A DNA stretch of 47,105 nt from Candidatus Pacearchaeota archaeon (GCA_016867035.1 VGKO01000002.1:1-47105); one strand, 5' to 3'. Counted from the stretch's first letter, positions 25,559 through 35,136 are shown. Program-made: numbers and translations. Notes: generated by a model not told the origin, from the sequence alone.

Positions 25559-26935
25559 TTAGGCTTTCTTTATCTCATAGCCCTCAGGCATATCAGCAAT
25601 AACAAATCCCATTGCAGTTACTTTAGCTCGAAGCTCATCCGCGAGCTTGAAATTCTTGGTTTTCTTTGCTTGCCAACGCTGTTCAGCAAGCTTTTGAACT
25701 TCTTCAGGAACAATAACTCGTTCTTTTTTCATCAAGTCTAATGAAAACACAGCATCCATTTTTCTAACTAGCTCTATTTTAGATTTTCCGCTTACTTTAT
25801 CATCTTTAAGAAGTTTTTGCAGGGCTTGAATTGCTCCAGGCATATTTAAGTCATCATTAATAGATTTTTCAAACTCTTTTAGGTATTTTTCTCCGTCGCC
25901 ACCAGGGGCATTTGAAGAAATATTTGCAATCTTATTTTTTAATCCTTCAAGTCCATTTTTAGCCGCATTCAAATTATCAAGTGTAAAATCAAGCGAGCTT
26001 CTGTAATGTGTAAGCAAACACATAAACCTATAGTCCAGAGGTTTATACCCTAATTCTTGTAATTCAGAGATAGTATAAAGTCCGCCCTTAGACTTTGAAA
26101 CTTTTTCACCCTTAAAGGTTAAGAAAGCGCCATGCAACCAATAATTAACACACTTTTTTCCTGAAGCCGCCTCACCTTGGGCTATTTCATTAGTATGGTG
26201 AACAGGAATATGATCTATGCCTCCAGTATGAATATCAAAGGGTATTCCTAAGTATTTAGAAGACATAGCTGAACATTCAATATGCCAACCGGGAAATCCT
26301 AAACCCCAAGGCGATTGCCATTCTTGTTGTCTTAATCCTGGCGTGTCAGAAAACTTCCACAAAGCAAAATCAGTTTTATTTTTTTTATCAGCCAAGTCTA
26401 TTCGCGCTCCTGCTTTTAAATTTTCAGCATCAAGTAAAGCAAGTTTGCCATAATCTTCTAGTTTAGAAGTATCGAAATAAATTCCGTCGCTAGTTCTATA
26501 AACAAATCCTTTTTTCTCTAACTCTTTTATTAATTCTATCTGTTCATTAATATGTTCTGTTGCTTTACACCAAATACTTGGCTCAGAAATATTTAGTTTT
26601 TTGAAATCCTCACGAAATACTTGCCAATAATGATTAGCTATATCTTCAGCACGCTTGCCTTCCTTAGCAGCGGCCTTTTCCATTTTATCTTCGCCTGAAT
26701 CAGCATCCGAAGTAAGATGCCCAACATCTGTAACATTCATCACATGTTTTACTTTAAAACCATCATATTCAAGAACTTTCTTTAGAATATCATTAAAAAT
26801 ATAAGTTCTAAGGTTTCCAATTGTCTGATACCAATAGACAGTAGGCCCACAAGAATAAAATCCAACCTCGCCTGGTTTTATTGGCTTAAATGCCTGTTTT
26901 TTTCTTCCAAGAGTATTAAATAACCGCAACACCAT
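25559..26935 (-). CDS. cysS: Cysteine--tRNA ligase
   Basis: FYSCGPTVYWYQTIGNLRTY (HIGH region reads TIGN), NVTDVGHLTSDADSGEDKM, GWHIECSAM, KVSKSKG (KMSKS). Confidence 0.9.
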   Translation of the reverse strand: MVLRLFNTLGRKKQAFKPIKPGEVGFYSCGPTVYWYQTIGNLRTYIFNDILKKVLEYDGFKVKHVMNVTDVGHLTSDADSGEDKMEKAAAKEGKRAEDIANHYWQVFREDFKKLNISEPSIWCKATEHINEQIELIKELEKKGFVYRTSDGIYFDTSKLEDYGKLALLDAENLKAGARIDLADKKNKTDFALWKFSDTPGLRQQEWQSPWGLGFPGWHIECSAMSSKYLGIPFDIHTGGIDHIPVHHTNEIAQGEAASGKKCVNYWLHGAFLTFKGEKVSKSKGGLYTISELQELGYKPLDYRFMCLLTHYRSSLDFTLDNLNAAKNGLEGLKNKIANISSNAPGGDGEKYLKEFEKSINDDLNMPGAIQALQKLLKDDKVSGKSKIELVRKMDAVFSLDLMKKERVIVPEEVQKLAEQRWQAKKTKNFKLADELRAKVTAMGFVIADMPEGYEIKKA

Positions 26936-26985
26936 ATATTTTTCAGTAAATAAAACTATTTAAAGCTAATCAAACAAAAATAATT

Positions 26986-27327
26986 ATGCTAGTAGTCGGT
27001 AATTCCGCCGGAACTCGAGATGAAATAGAAAAACAAATAACCTCCCTAATTCCCAATTTAACCCCTGACAAACATATTTTACTACATAGATTACAAAAAA
27101 ATTTTCGAGAAGATCCTACAAAACCAAATCAATTAGAGGTGGATTTGGAAGTTGACTATACTCCCCTAAGAGCCCTAAGCACCCCAATTCGTCAAGAAGG
27201 AGACCACCGTGTGGTTGGAAACTGTTGTTTTGAATTGGGTGGCGAAAGAAGAACCTATGCAGCTACCTTAATTATCAATCATCATGCAGGAGATACGCCC
27301 TGGTATACTATAGACTTAAAAAAATAA
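26986..27327 (+). CDS. Hypothetical protein (113 aa)
   Basis: ATG ORF with tatttaaa box at canonical leaderless spacing. No domain recognised. Confidence 0.5.
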   Translation: MLVVGNSAGTRDEIEKQITSLIPNLTPDKHILLHRLQKNFREDPTKPNQLEVDLEVDYTPLRALSTPIRQEGDHRVVGNCCFELGGERRTYAATLIINHHAGDTPWYTIDLKK

Positions 27328-27342
27328 AGATTAATTTGATAA

Positions 27343-27723
27343 ATGTTAAAAAAAATTAAAAACCTTGCCCTAATAGTTGCTTCTATACTTGCTATACAAG
27401 GTTGCTCAAGAAAAATTGAATTACCTGAACCAAGACTCGATTTAAGCAGGCCTATTCACGAGCACATTGTGGAAAACAACAGATATTATGTTGCTTATGA
27501 TGTTTTTACTGGAAATAAGTTGACTTTTCGAGATTGTGGGAGAGACTCAAAATTAGACTTTGTTAAATTAGAATCTAAATCAGGGCAAACAATCTGGCAT
27601 TCTTGCGGAAAGTATAATTCTCGTTTTGAAATCATGTTTGGAGAAGTGGAGGCCATAAGACTCTTAAGAAATCAAATAAGTGGCTACGAAGTTCTAACAA
27701 ATAATCCTGGCTGGGGAATTTAA
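27343..27723 (+). CDS. Putative lipoprotein (126 aa)
   Basis: Signal sequence ending in a lipobox-like LAIQGC. Confidence 0.55.
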   Translation: MLKKIKNLALIVASILAIQGCSRKIELPEPRLDLSRPIHEHIVENNRYYVAYDVFTGNKLTFRDCGRDSKLDFVKLESKSGQTIWHSCGKYNSRFEIMFGEVEAIRLLRNQISGYEVLTNNPGWGI

Positions 27724-27742
27724 AATACAAAATATAAAAAAT

Positions 27743-28363
27743 TTAGAATAACCCTTTCTTCAAAACCTCTAAGGTGAAAGAATCCATTGCAATTACTTCG
27801 CCCTCAGGTACAACTGTAAAATCTTTAGCCATTACTTCTACTAATTGGGTACATACTTGAGTGGAAGCCGGTACATTTATTCTTATTTGAAATTTCGAAA
27901 CAGGACCATCGAAAGCAGTCGAATTTAACCAAATATCAAAGCTTTGTGCAAATAGACCCATTGTTCTGGTTTTTCCAATTACTTTAGTACAACTTTTAGG
28001 AGAACTTTCATCCAAACTAAGCTTATATTGTATTTTAGATTTGTCTTCAACTCTTACATTATTAATACTCTGGCTTGCTACCCCAACACCGAAATCAGTA
28101 GTACCTGCCCGAACACTAGCCTTTTTATCTTCTCCCAAATAAATTACAAGATTCTTATTTTCATCGGTAAATATCTTTTGCAACTCGCTTCCAAGTTTTT
28201 CATCAAGTATATTAATGCTCTTACTTGAAGTTCCGTAAATATTCTTTAATAAAACAAGTCCAAGTATAAGAAAGCTTACGGAAAGCACAATAACAATAAT
28301 CGTGCTCATAGACATCTCAAAAGCAGCCCTTTTGTTTTCTAAATTAATTTTTCTAAGTACCAT
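27743..28363 (-). CDS. Membrane-anchored protein with pilin-like N-terminus (206 aa)
   Basis: NKRAAFEMSMSTIIVIVLSVSFLILGLVLL: a charged stretch followed by a hydrophobic helix reminiscent of class III signal peptides. Confidence 0.5.
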   Translation of the reverse strand: MVLRKINLENKRAAFEMSMSTIIVIVLSVSFLILGLVLLKNIYGTSSKSINILDEKLGSELQKIFTDENKNLVIYLGEDKKASVRAGTTDFGVGVASQSINNVRVEDKSKIQYKLSLDESSPKSCTKVIGKTRTMGLFAQSFDIWLNSTAFDGPVSKFQIRINVPASTQVCTQLVEVMAKDFTVVPEGEVIAMDSFTLEVLKKGLF

Positions 28364-28409
28364 CTTTTTATATTCTTATTATGAAATTGAGATTTATAAA
28401 CCTTGCCTA

Positions 28410-29000
28410 TTATTCCATAGATGCAATATAAGTATAAGTTTCTATAGAGGTATTTGAAGGGATATATATCTGATTATAACTACTAAAAGTATCATTCATG
28501 ACACCATATTCTGTAGAAGTATAGGCATTTAAAAAATTAGTAAAGGAAAGATTATTAGGATTATACTTAAAATTTTTCTCAAAAATAGATTCAGCCACAT
28601 CAGAATTAGTAATATTACGACTTACAACAACAGAGGTAAGGTTTAGAGTTGAAAGATTTATTGGTATCTTTGAATCAACAAGCATATGGCTAGCAGATAA
28701 AGTTATTTCTTCATAATATCTTGAATAATGTAAAACATAAATTTCGCGGTTATCAATAATTTTATAAGAAGTATAATACGTATCATCTAAGAAAAAAATC
28801 ATTCCATCAGAAGTTTCCTTAAAGATAGAATCCCATAAAATTTCAAAATCCTCCTTTAAATAATTTAATGGGATGGCCGGTCGAAAATTAGTATTATCTT
28901 TTATTTCCGATGAATTATCACTTCTAAAAATAAATATTAAAATGATAAAAACCATTAGAAAAATAATTAATCCCAACATAATCTTTATCTTTATATTCAT
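28410..29000 (-). CDS. N-terminally anchored hypothetical protein (196 aa)
   Basis: Single N-terminal TM (IMLGLIIFLMVFIILIFIF), with an Asn/Ser/Tyr-rich ectodomain. Confidence 0.5.
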   Translation of the reverse strand: MNIKIKIMLGLIIFLMVFIILIFIFRSDNSSEIKDNTNFRPAIPLNYLKEDFEILWDSIFKETSDGMIFFLDDTYYTSYKIIDNREIYVLHYSRYYEEITLSASHMLVDSKIPINLSTLNLTSVVVSRNITNSDVAESIFEKNFKYNPNNLSFTNFLNAYTSTEYGVMNDTFSSYNQIYIPSNTSIETYTYIASME

Positions 29001-29081
29001 AATTACTTTGAAGAGTCAAGTACTTATAAACTTTACTTCAATGTTAAAATAACTCATCATAATCCCAAACTAAAAGAAATA

Positions 29082-29243
29082 TTACTCTTCCTCGCATTGA
29101 GTAGCAGTTACATTATGAATATTCTCGTAGGCTTTTCTTCTTTCTTTAGCGCATTTTTCGCAATATTTTTGAGGATATCTTGAGTTATACTTTGGTTTAG
29201 CTTCAAATTCTTTTTTGCAGTCTCTGCATATTTTTTTTGGCAT
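29082..29243 (-). CDS. Small zinc-ribbon protein (53 aa; below the ORF-track cutoff)
   Basis: Own translation: MPKKICRDCKKEFEAKPKYNSRYPQKYCEKCAKERRKAYENIHNVTATQCEEE. Two CxxC pairs. atttaaaaa box 20-21 nt upstream of the ATG. Competes with the listed ORF 29108..29338 in another frame. Confidence 0.5.
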   Translation of the reverse strand: MPKKICRDCKKEFEAKPKYNSRYPQKYCEKCAKERRKAYENIHNVTATQCEEE

Positions 29244-29314
29244 GCTAATAAGAATAAATTTTTGTTTTTAAATCTTGATGTTTTGTTAAAAAAAATGATA
29301 GTTCGACTCGATAG

Positions 29315-29324
29315 ATGGGAGAGG
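29315..29324 (-). repeat. Echo of the tRNA-Phe 3' end (10/10 identical to 29369-29378)
   Basis: atgggagagg is repeated with a 54-nt period downstream of tRNA-Phe on its strand. Confidence 0.85.
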
Positions 29325-29369
29325 TCGAGGATTTTCATTTAAGTAAATAATATACTCTAGAAATGAAAA

Positions 29370-29441
29370 TGGGAGAGGGGAGAGTCGAACTCCCGACCCC
29401 TACGTCTTCAGCGTAGTGCTCTCCCGCTGAGCTACCCTCCC
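29370..29441 (-). tRNA. tRNA-Phe (anticodon GAA)
   Basis: Manual fold: acceptor GGGAGGG/CTCTCCC (one G-U), D arm GCTC-AGCGGGA-GAGC, anticodon stem CTACG/CGTAG with loop CTGAAGA, T arm GGGAG-TTCGACT-CTCCC, discriminator A. Confidence 0.9.
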
Positions 29442-29586
29442 AATACGAGATAAAAAACAGAAGTTGTGGGGTTTTTTAAATGCTATGTTTTAATAAGATT
29501 ACATAAACAAAAATTACCAAATATCTTCTCTAAAGTATATATTAAAATTCAACTTTATTTTTAAATAGATTTTTTATATACTTGAT

Positions 29587-30606
29587 ATGGAACAACCAAT
29601 AAGAATTGCAATTGTAGGTTGGGGAAATGTTGGCCGAGGAGTTTATGAGGCTATACAAAAAAATCCAGATACAAGATTAGTTGGAATTCTTACTAGAGAT
29701 CCGGCAAGAACAATAACCGATGTTAGAGCAAGAAGATGCAATATAAATCCAAGCAGTATAAGAGATGCTGCTTCCTGGCGAGAAGTAGAAATTCTTAAGA
29801 TGGCTGTTAGTCCAGATGTAGCTATTCTTTGTACAGGTTCTGCAACAGATCTTCCTGAACAGGGTCCAAAATTTGCACAATGCTTTAATACAATCGATAG
29901 TTTTGATACTCATGCAGATATTCCTAATTACCTGGCTCAAATGGATTCTGCTGCAAAGTCCTATAATCATCTCGCAGTTTGTTGTGCTGGTTGGGATCCA
30001 GGAACATTTTCAATTGAAAGAATAATGGCTCTCTCTTTTATACCTGAAGGAAAACCTTATACTTTTTGGGGACCAGGAGTTTCACAAGGACATTCTGATG
30101 CTATAAGAAGAGTTCCAGGAGTAAAAGATGGAATACAATATACTTTACCTATAAATGCTGCACTTGAACAAGTTAGAGCAGGAACTAATCCCGATTTAAC
30201 AACAAGACAAAAACATTCGAGAGATTGTTATGTTACTCTTGAACCCGGAGCAGATCCTGAAAAAGTAAGAACAGCCATAGTAACAATGCCAAAATATTTT
30301 GAAGATTATGATACTAGAGTAACAATTGAAACTCCTGAACAAATTACTGAAAGAAAAAGAGCAATGCCTCACGGAGGTTTTGTTATGGTTTCAGGCGAGA
30401 CTGGAAAAGGAAATAAAGCACTAATCGAATATAAAAATCAATGGGCTAGTAATCCAGAAGCAACAGGAAGTATTTTAGTTGCTTGTGCAAGAGCAAATTA
30501 TAGAATGCGTCAAGATGGAAGAACAGGAGCTATAACTATGGCAGATATACCTCCGGTAATGTATCATCCATTAGAAAGAGCTGAAGTAATAAAAAATTTA
30601 ATGTAA
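29587..30606 (+). CDS. ddh: meso-Diaminopimelate D-dehydrogenase
   Basis: Collinear with Corynebacterium Ddh as I recall it: IRIAIVGWGNVGRGV, TGSATDLPEQGPKFAQ, GWDPGTFSIER, TFWGPGVSQGHSDAIRRVPGV, MPHGGFV. Confidence 0.9.
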   Translation: MEQPIRIAIVGWGNVGRGVYEAIQKNPDTRLVGILTRDPARTITDVRARRCNINPSSIRDAASWREVEILKMAVSPDVAILCTGSATDLPEQGPKFAQCFNTIDSFDTHADIPNYLAQMDSAAKSYNHLAVCCAGWDPGTFSIERIMALSFIPEGKPYTFWGPGVSQGHSDAIRRVPGVKDGIQYTLPINAALEQVRAGTNPDLTTRQKHSRDCYVTLEPGADPEKVRTAIVTMPKYFEDYDTRVTIETPEQITERKRAMPHGGFVMVSGETGKGNKALIEYKNQWASNPEATGSILVACARANYRMRQDGRTGAITMADIPPVMYHPLERAEVIKNLM

Positions 30607-30614
30607 TTCTTAAT

Positions 30615-31922
30615 ATGTCTAATTCACCAAGTAAAATCGAACCATTAAGCCGTGTTTTCCGAGACTCTTTTCAAGTAAGGGAAATAGCAAGAAGATTTGG
30701 TACGCCAGTTTATGTTTATTCTGAGGAATTGTTAGAAGAGCAAGCCGATGAAGCATTGGCTTTCATAGAGGCCCCTAGCTTTAAAGTAAGATATGCCATG
30801 AAGGCAAATCCAAATGCAAATATATTAAGATTATTTCAAAGGAAGGGAATAGAAATAGATGCTTCTTCAGGGGATGAAGCAAGACGAGCAATTGCAGCAG
30901 GAATTCCCCCAGGCAATATTTTACTTACTTCTCAAATAATACCCCAAGAATTTATAGATTTAATAAGACAAGGTGTAAATTATAATGCTTGTTCCTTACA
31001 TCAATTAGAAACCTTTGCAAGATTTTCTAATTTTATAGGCACAAGAGATATTTCTGTAAGAATAAATCCCGGAAGAGGAAGCGGAGGAACAAAAAGAACA
31101 AATACAGGAGGCCCTAGTTCTAGTTTTGGTATTTGGCATGAAGATTTAGTCAAGGTAATGGATTTTATTAGAAGATATAGTTTGAACCTAAGAAGAGTCC
31201 ATACCCACATAGGTTCTGGAAGTGATCCCGAAGTTTTCAAAAAAACTTGCAGAATGAGTTTAGATATTGTAGCAAGATTTTTATATGGGGGGTTTCCAGT
31301 AACTACCTTAAACTTAGGCGGAGGATACAAAGTAGGAAGAATGAGTTATCAAGAAAGCGTTGATATGCAAGAAGTCGGAAGCTTTGTAAAAAAACAATTT
31401 GAAGATTTTCAAAGAAAAATAGGATTACCATTAAGATTAGAAATCGAACCAGGGACATTTTTAGTAGCAAATGCGGGAGCAATTGTTTCAGAAATAAAAG
31501 ATATAAAGAGAACTCCAAGATATACTTTCTTAATAACTGATACAGGTATGAATGAAGTTGCAAGACCAACCTTATATGCTGCTCAACACCCCATTACAGT
31601 TGTTACAAGAAGAGATAAAAATCCATTCAAAAAAACAGGAGAATATGTTGTTTCAGGACGTTGTTGCGAATCCGGAGATATTTTAACACCTTCCAAGGAT
31701 AGTCCTGAAGAACTCCAGCCAAGAGTCTTACGCCAAGCAGAAATTTCGGATTTAGTAGTTATAGGTGGAACAGGAGCTTATTGTTCAGGTATGCCGATTG
31801 CAGGATATAATTCTTATCCTGCTGCTCCAGAGGTTCTTTTAAGAAAAGATGGCTCCATGGATTTAATAAGAGAAAGAGGTACCTTAAAACAACTTACCCA
31901 AAATGAAGTTAAAGTAATATAA
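30615..31922 (+). CDS. lysA: Diaminopimelate decarboxylase (PLP-dependent, fold type III)
   Basis: YAMKANPN (PLP Lys), HTHIGSGS, LNLGGGY, EPGTFLVANAG, CCESGD. 8 nt downstream of ddh. Confidence 0.85.
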   Translation: MSNSPSKIEPLSRVFRDSFQVREIARRFGTPVYVYSEELLEEQADEALAFIEAPSFKVRYAMKANPNANILRLFQRKGIEIDASSGDEARRAIAAGIPPGNILLTSQIIPQEFIDLIRQGVNYNACSLHQLETFARFSNFIGTRDISVRINPGRGSGGTKRTNTGGPSSSFGIWHEDLVKVMDFIRRYSLNLRRVHTHIGSGSDPEVFKKTCRMSLDIVARFLYGGFPVTTLNLGGGYKVGRMSYQESVDMQEVGSFVKKQFEDFQRKIGLPLRLEIEPGTFLVANAGAIVSEIKDIKRTPRYTFLITDTGMNEVARPTLYAAQHPITVVTRRDKNPFKKTGEYVVSGRCCESGDILTPSKDSPEELQPRVLRQAEISDLVVIGGTGAYCSGMPIAGYNSYPAAPEVLLRKDGSMDLIRERGTLKQLTQNEVKVI

Positions 31923-31931
31923 TATAAAATT

Positions 31932-32384
31932 TTATTTTTCTGCTTTTATTTTATCTGCAATTTTTTTAAAATCTTCCAAATGCTCCATTAGATATTTCTC
32001 TACTTCCTCAGAAGAATGAAAAATCGGGCAACCATTACAATCCCAAACCCTGCCCGCAGGTAAATTAGGATGTTCTGTATATCGCCCGTTACTTGAATCT
32101 ACTCTACAACTTCCTTGAATTTCTCCATTTGCTCCACGCGTATTAGCATTATAATTAGGACAATTACATAAAAGGCAATTCAAATCAACAAGTGCATGGC
32201 AAGGTTCAGAAGTATAGCAAGGACAATCGCCCGGATGTTTTTTAGATTGAACAGCAAAACTAGCTTCGCGAACAATACCCGGAATATTTTCAACAGTAAA
32301 TTCAAGTCCAGCTTCTAAAACTCGGGAAACAATTCTTTTTTTAAAACCTTCAGCCCATTCTTTCAAATAATTTTCTGATGCCAT
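31932..32384 (-). CDS. Cysteine-rich small-domain protein (putative metal binding)
   Basis: DCPCYTSEPCH...CLLCNCPNY...GSCRV...WDCNGCPIFH fits the cysteine-rich small domain pattern (C.C...C..C.CP.Y...C..C...H). Confidence 0.6.
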   Translation of the reverse strand: MASENYLKEWAEGFKKRIVSRVLEAGLEFTVENIPGIVREASFAVQSKKHPGDCPCYTSEPCHALVDLNCLLCNCPNYNANTRGANGEIQGSCRVDSSNGRYTEHPNLPAGRVWDCNGCPIFHSSEEVEKYLMEHLEDFKKIADKIKAEK

Positions 32385-32428
32385 ATCTTCAAACCTCGAG
32401 TTGAGTTTATAAGAATTATTGTAAAAAA

Positions 32429-32959
32429 TTAACTAACCCTTTTTCCTAATACATCATACCCAACTTTTCTAGTACCCTGTATACCTTGGCCAGCCATCCA
32501 CCTGCTTTTTCTTGGATCTATATATGTTCTTAACTCCACTATTTCTAAATCACTTGGTTTTTCTAAATCAGTTCTAGAAAAATATTCTCGAAATTCTAAA
32601 TTGCCTCTAACTTGACGCATTAGAGTAAGAGGATAGCCATTATCAACTGAACGCAACATAATGGTAGAAACAGCCTGATTAATATCCTCCACCTGTTCAT
32701 CTGCCCTAAATCGCAAAACCATTCTTCGGGCATAAGTAATCGGGAAGCCAAGTCCAGATACTCCAAAATTACAAATAAGATTAGTATCTTTACACCTATA
32801 AGTTTTAACAAAAGCAGATTTAGGTAGTTCTTTAGAATCCGGTAAATCTTCACCAACGCCAAAACAAACAAGCTTTCGATATAGTGGAACTATTATTCCA
32901 GATAGAGCATCTAAAACAAAAACTCTTGCATCAGGAACTTGGTTTTTTCTAGGAGCCAT
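32429..32959 (-). CDS. Hypothetical protein (176 aa)
   Basis: ATG ORF with no domain recognised. Confidence 0.55.
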   Translation of the reverse strand: MAPRKNQVPDARVFVLDALSGIIVPLYRKLVCFGVGEDLPDSKELPKSAFVKTYRCKDTNLICNFGVSGLGFPITYARRMVLRFRADEQVEDINQAVSTIMLRSVDNGYPLTLMRQVRGNLEFREYFSRTDLEKPSDLEIVELRTYIDPRKSRWMAGQGIQGTRKVGYDVLGKRVS

Positions 32960-33108
32960 AATTAAATATAATCGCTCTATTTTTAAGGATTTAGATAATT
33001 AAAGAAATAACAAACTAACATAAATAAGTTATAAAAAATAAAACCAAGGGAGAATTATATGCTTTAAAACACACATTTATTTTTAAATAGTCTTTAGCTA
33101 AGAAGAAA

Positions 33109-33420
33109 ATGGAAGCTAACAAAAGAGATGGCCGAGTAATCTATGCAACAGGAGAAATAGAAGTTAGAAATTTTCCAAGAGACCCAGATGCTCATAGCGT
33201 TTGGGTTGGGCAAGATTATTTATTATTTCAGCACGGATGTTTAGAACAATTTGCGTTAAGAACACCGCCGGAACAAATGCAAGCACATTTAGCAAACTAT
33301 AATCCTTCAATTCCATCTATTCTTGAGCAACATAGAATTAGTCCAGAAGGTTTTGCCTTAGTTCTTGCTCGCGCAAGAGTAAGAGAACTAGAACATCAAT
33401 TAGCTGCGGGACATTTATAG
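33109..33420 (+). CDS. Hypothetical protein (103 aa)
   Basis: ATG ORF with tttttaaata box at leaderless spacing. No domain recognised. Confidence 0.5.
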   Translation: MEANKRDGRVIYATGEIEVRNFPRDPDAHSVWVGQDYLLFQHGCLEQFALRTPPEQMQAHLANYNPSIPSILEQHRISPEGFALVLARARVRELEHQLAAGHL

Positions 33421-33519
33421 TTATAATTTCCCTTCAAAAAAGAGAATAAATAAAACCTGATAAAAAATTTAAAGAACTTTCATAAAAGTGTGATAATTAT
33501 TTGGAGTTTATAAAACATT

Positions 33520-34311
33520 TTATTTTCTTGCTTTAACTATCAGTGTTCCTGGGATTCTTGAGAGATGATCAAAACTATAGGGGTCTCTTTTGTTTTCGGC
33601 CCCATATCTTGAATTTACTCCAAACTGACTATTATCGTCTTGTTTTACTGGTTCTGGTTCCAATAATCTTTCTAGTTTAAATCCTGCTTTTAAAATTCCA
33701 TTAACAATATCGCTTATTGTTTTAAAAGAACCTTTCATTATTGCAGAGACTCCTGTTTCGGGAAAGGTATAATCCCATTCTTTTTGCGACCCATCAAAAT
33801 AATTATCTAAAACAAATCTGTCTGTTGCTTCTTCCCAATATCCAATTGTTCTTATTGGATGATCTAAACTAAAAACAAAAATTCCTTTTGGAGTTAATAT
33901 TTTATATATTTGTTTGAAGGTGTCTTCCATAGATTCTAAGGTTTGGCAATATTGTAATGCATATGCTGACATTGCAATATCAAAAGAACCCGGATTAAAA
34001 TGATCTCTCAATCTTTGAAAATCTCCTCTGACAAAATTAACTTTAACCTTTTGCTCCTTAGCTAATTTTTGTCCGTGATTTAATTGTTTTCTAGAAATAT
34101 CATAAGCAGTTGCTATTGCTCCTTGTTTAGCCAGTACAATTGAATTTTGTCCTGCACCAGCCCCTATTTCTATAATTCTTCTGCCTTTAACATCTCCGAG
34201 TAATCTTAATTTTTCTTCTGAAGGACATAATGGTCCCCAATGAAGCTTAGAGGTACCAATTTGATATCTTCTCTGATAGCTTTGAGATATCTTATCCCAT
34301 GCCCTAGCCAT
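33520..34311 (-). CDS. Class I SAM-dependent methyltransferase
   Basis: Motif I IIEIGAGAGQNS, then AYDIS, GSFDIAMSAYALQY, LTPKGIFVFS. Start moved to MARAWDKISQSY because the listed N-terminal 28 aa are low-complexity and run through the divergent promoter region. Confidence 0.75.
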   Translation of the reverse strand: MARAWDKISQSYQRRYQIGTSKLHWGPLCPSEEKLRLLGDVKGRRIIEIGAGAGQNSIVLAKQGAIATAYDISRKQLNHGQKLAKEQKVKVNFVRGDFQRLRDHFNPGSFDIAMSAYALQYCQTLESMEDTFKQIYKILTPKGIFVFSLDHPIRTIGYWEEATDRFVLDNYFDGSQKEWDYTFPETGVSAIMKGSFKTISDIVNGILKAGFKLERLLEPEPVKQDDNSQFGVNSRYGAENKRDPYSFDHLSRIPGTLIVKARK

Positions 34312-34412
34312 TTTCCTGTCTTCTACCATAACAATTGCAATAAAGTATATTTTATAAACTTTATTAATTATAAAGTAGTAAAATTTATAAGCCACCTTCC
34401 CAGTATTTTAAT

Positions 34413-35135
34413 ATGAAAAAGCCTGCTTTTTATGATAAAGAGAAAGCGCAATCAAGAGAAGATTTCTTTAGAAACAATGCCCAAACAGCTTCTTTTGTTA
34501 GCGATTTATTCTTTAATCTTATTTATGGGGGGGTTTCTGCAGAAGCAAGAATACTTGATATAGGAACTGGAAACGCATTTGTATTAGAGCAATTAGCTAA
34601 GAGAAATCCGGGAAGATATAGGGGTTTATGGGGGATAGACATCTCTCCAGAAATGTTAAAAAAAGCCGAAGAAAGAACTTCTGGTTTAGATATTCGGCTA
34701 GTTTTGGGAGATAACCTTGCTCTTCCTTTTGAACCTTGTTTTTTTGATGCAGTAACTGCAAAAAATGTAACAAATTTTTCAGAATCTGAGATTTATCGTG
34801 TTCTGAAGTCTCCTGGAAAATTCTTCTTTAGGGAATATAGTTCTGGCAAGGGATTAAAAGAAATAGCCGAGATGTTTAGAGAAAGAGTAGTTAGAGCAAG
34901 AGATCCAAGCTTTTATACTCGAAGATTAAAATCTGCTGGATTTAGAAATATAGCTCTAATAGAAATTGATGTTAAAAGAGAATATTCTTTTGAAGAGTTA
35001 TTGCAAGTTATGCAGATGTTCCCATTTTTAGATCAAGTTAGAGAAGAAGATAAAGCAAAAATAAGAGATTACTTTGGTTCAAGAGATAAAGCACAAATTA
35101 CTTCAGACCAAATAATCATTATAGGAGATAAATAA
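34413..35135 (+). CDS. Class I SAM-dependent methyltransferase
   Basis: ILDIGTGNAFVL (motif I), GIDISPEML, FFDAVTAKNV, LKSPGKFFF. First gene of a coupled five-gene operon. Confidence 0.75.
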   Translation: MKKPAFYDKEKAQSREDFFRNNAQTASFVSDLFFNLIYGGVSAEARILDIGTGNAFVLEQLAKRNPGRYRGLWGIDISPEMLKKAEERTSGLDIRLVLGDNLALPFEPCFFDAVTAKNVTNFSESEIYRVLKSPGKFFFREYSSGKGLKEIAEMFRERVVRARDPSFYTRRLKSAGFRNIALIEIDVKREYSFEELLQVMQMFPFLDQVREEDKAKIRDYFGSRDKAQITSDQIIIIGDK

Positions 35136-35136
35136 A

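Noticed and set aside
29108-29338. Listed 76-aa ORF downstream of tRNA-Phe
   Set aside because: Low-complexity K/N-rich, no promoter at the usual spacing, and covers the tRNA-Phe echo. A zinc-ribbon ORF in another frame (29082..29243) is better supported.
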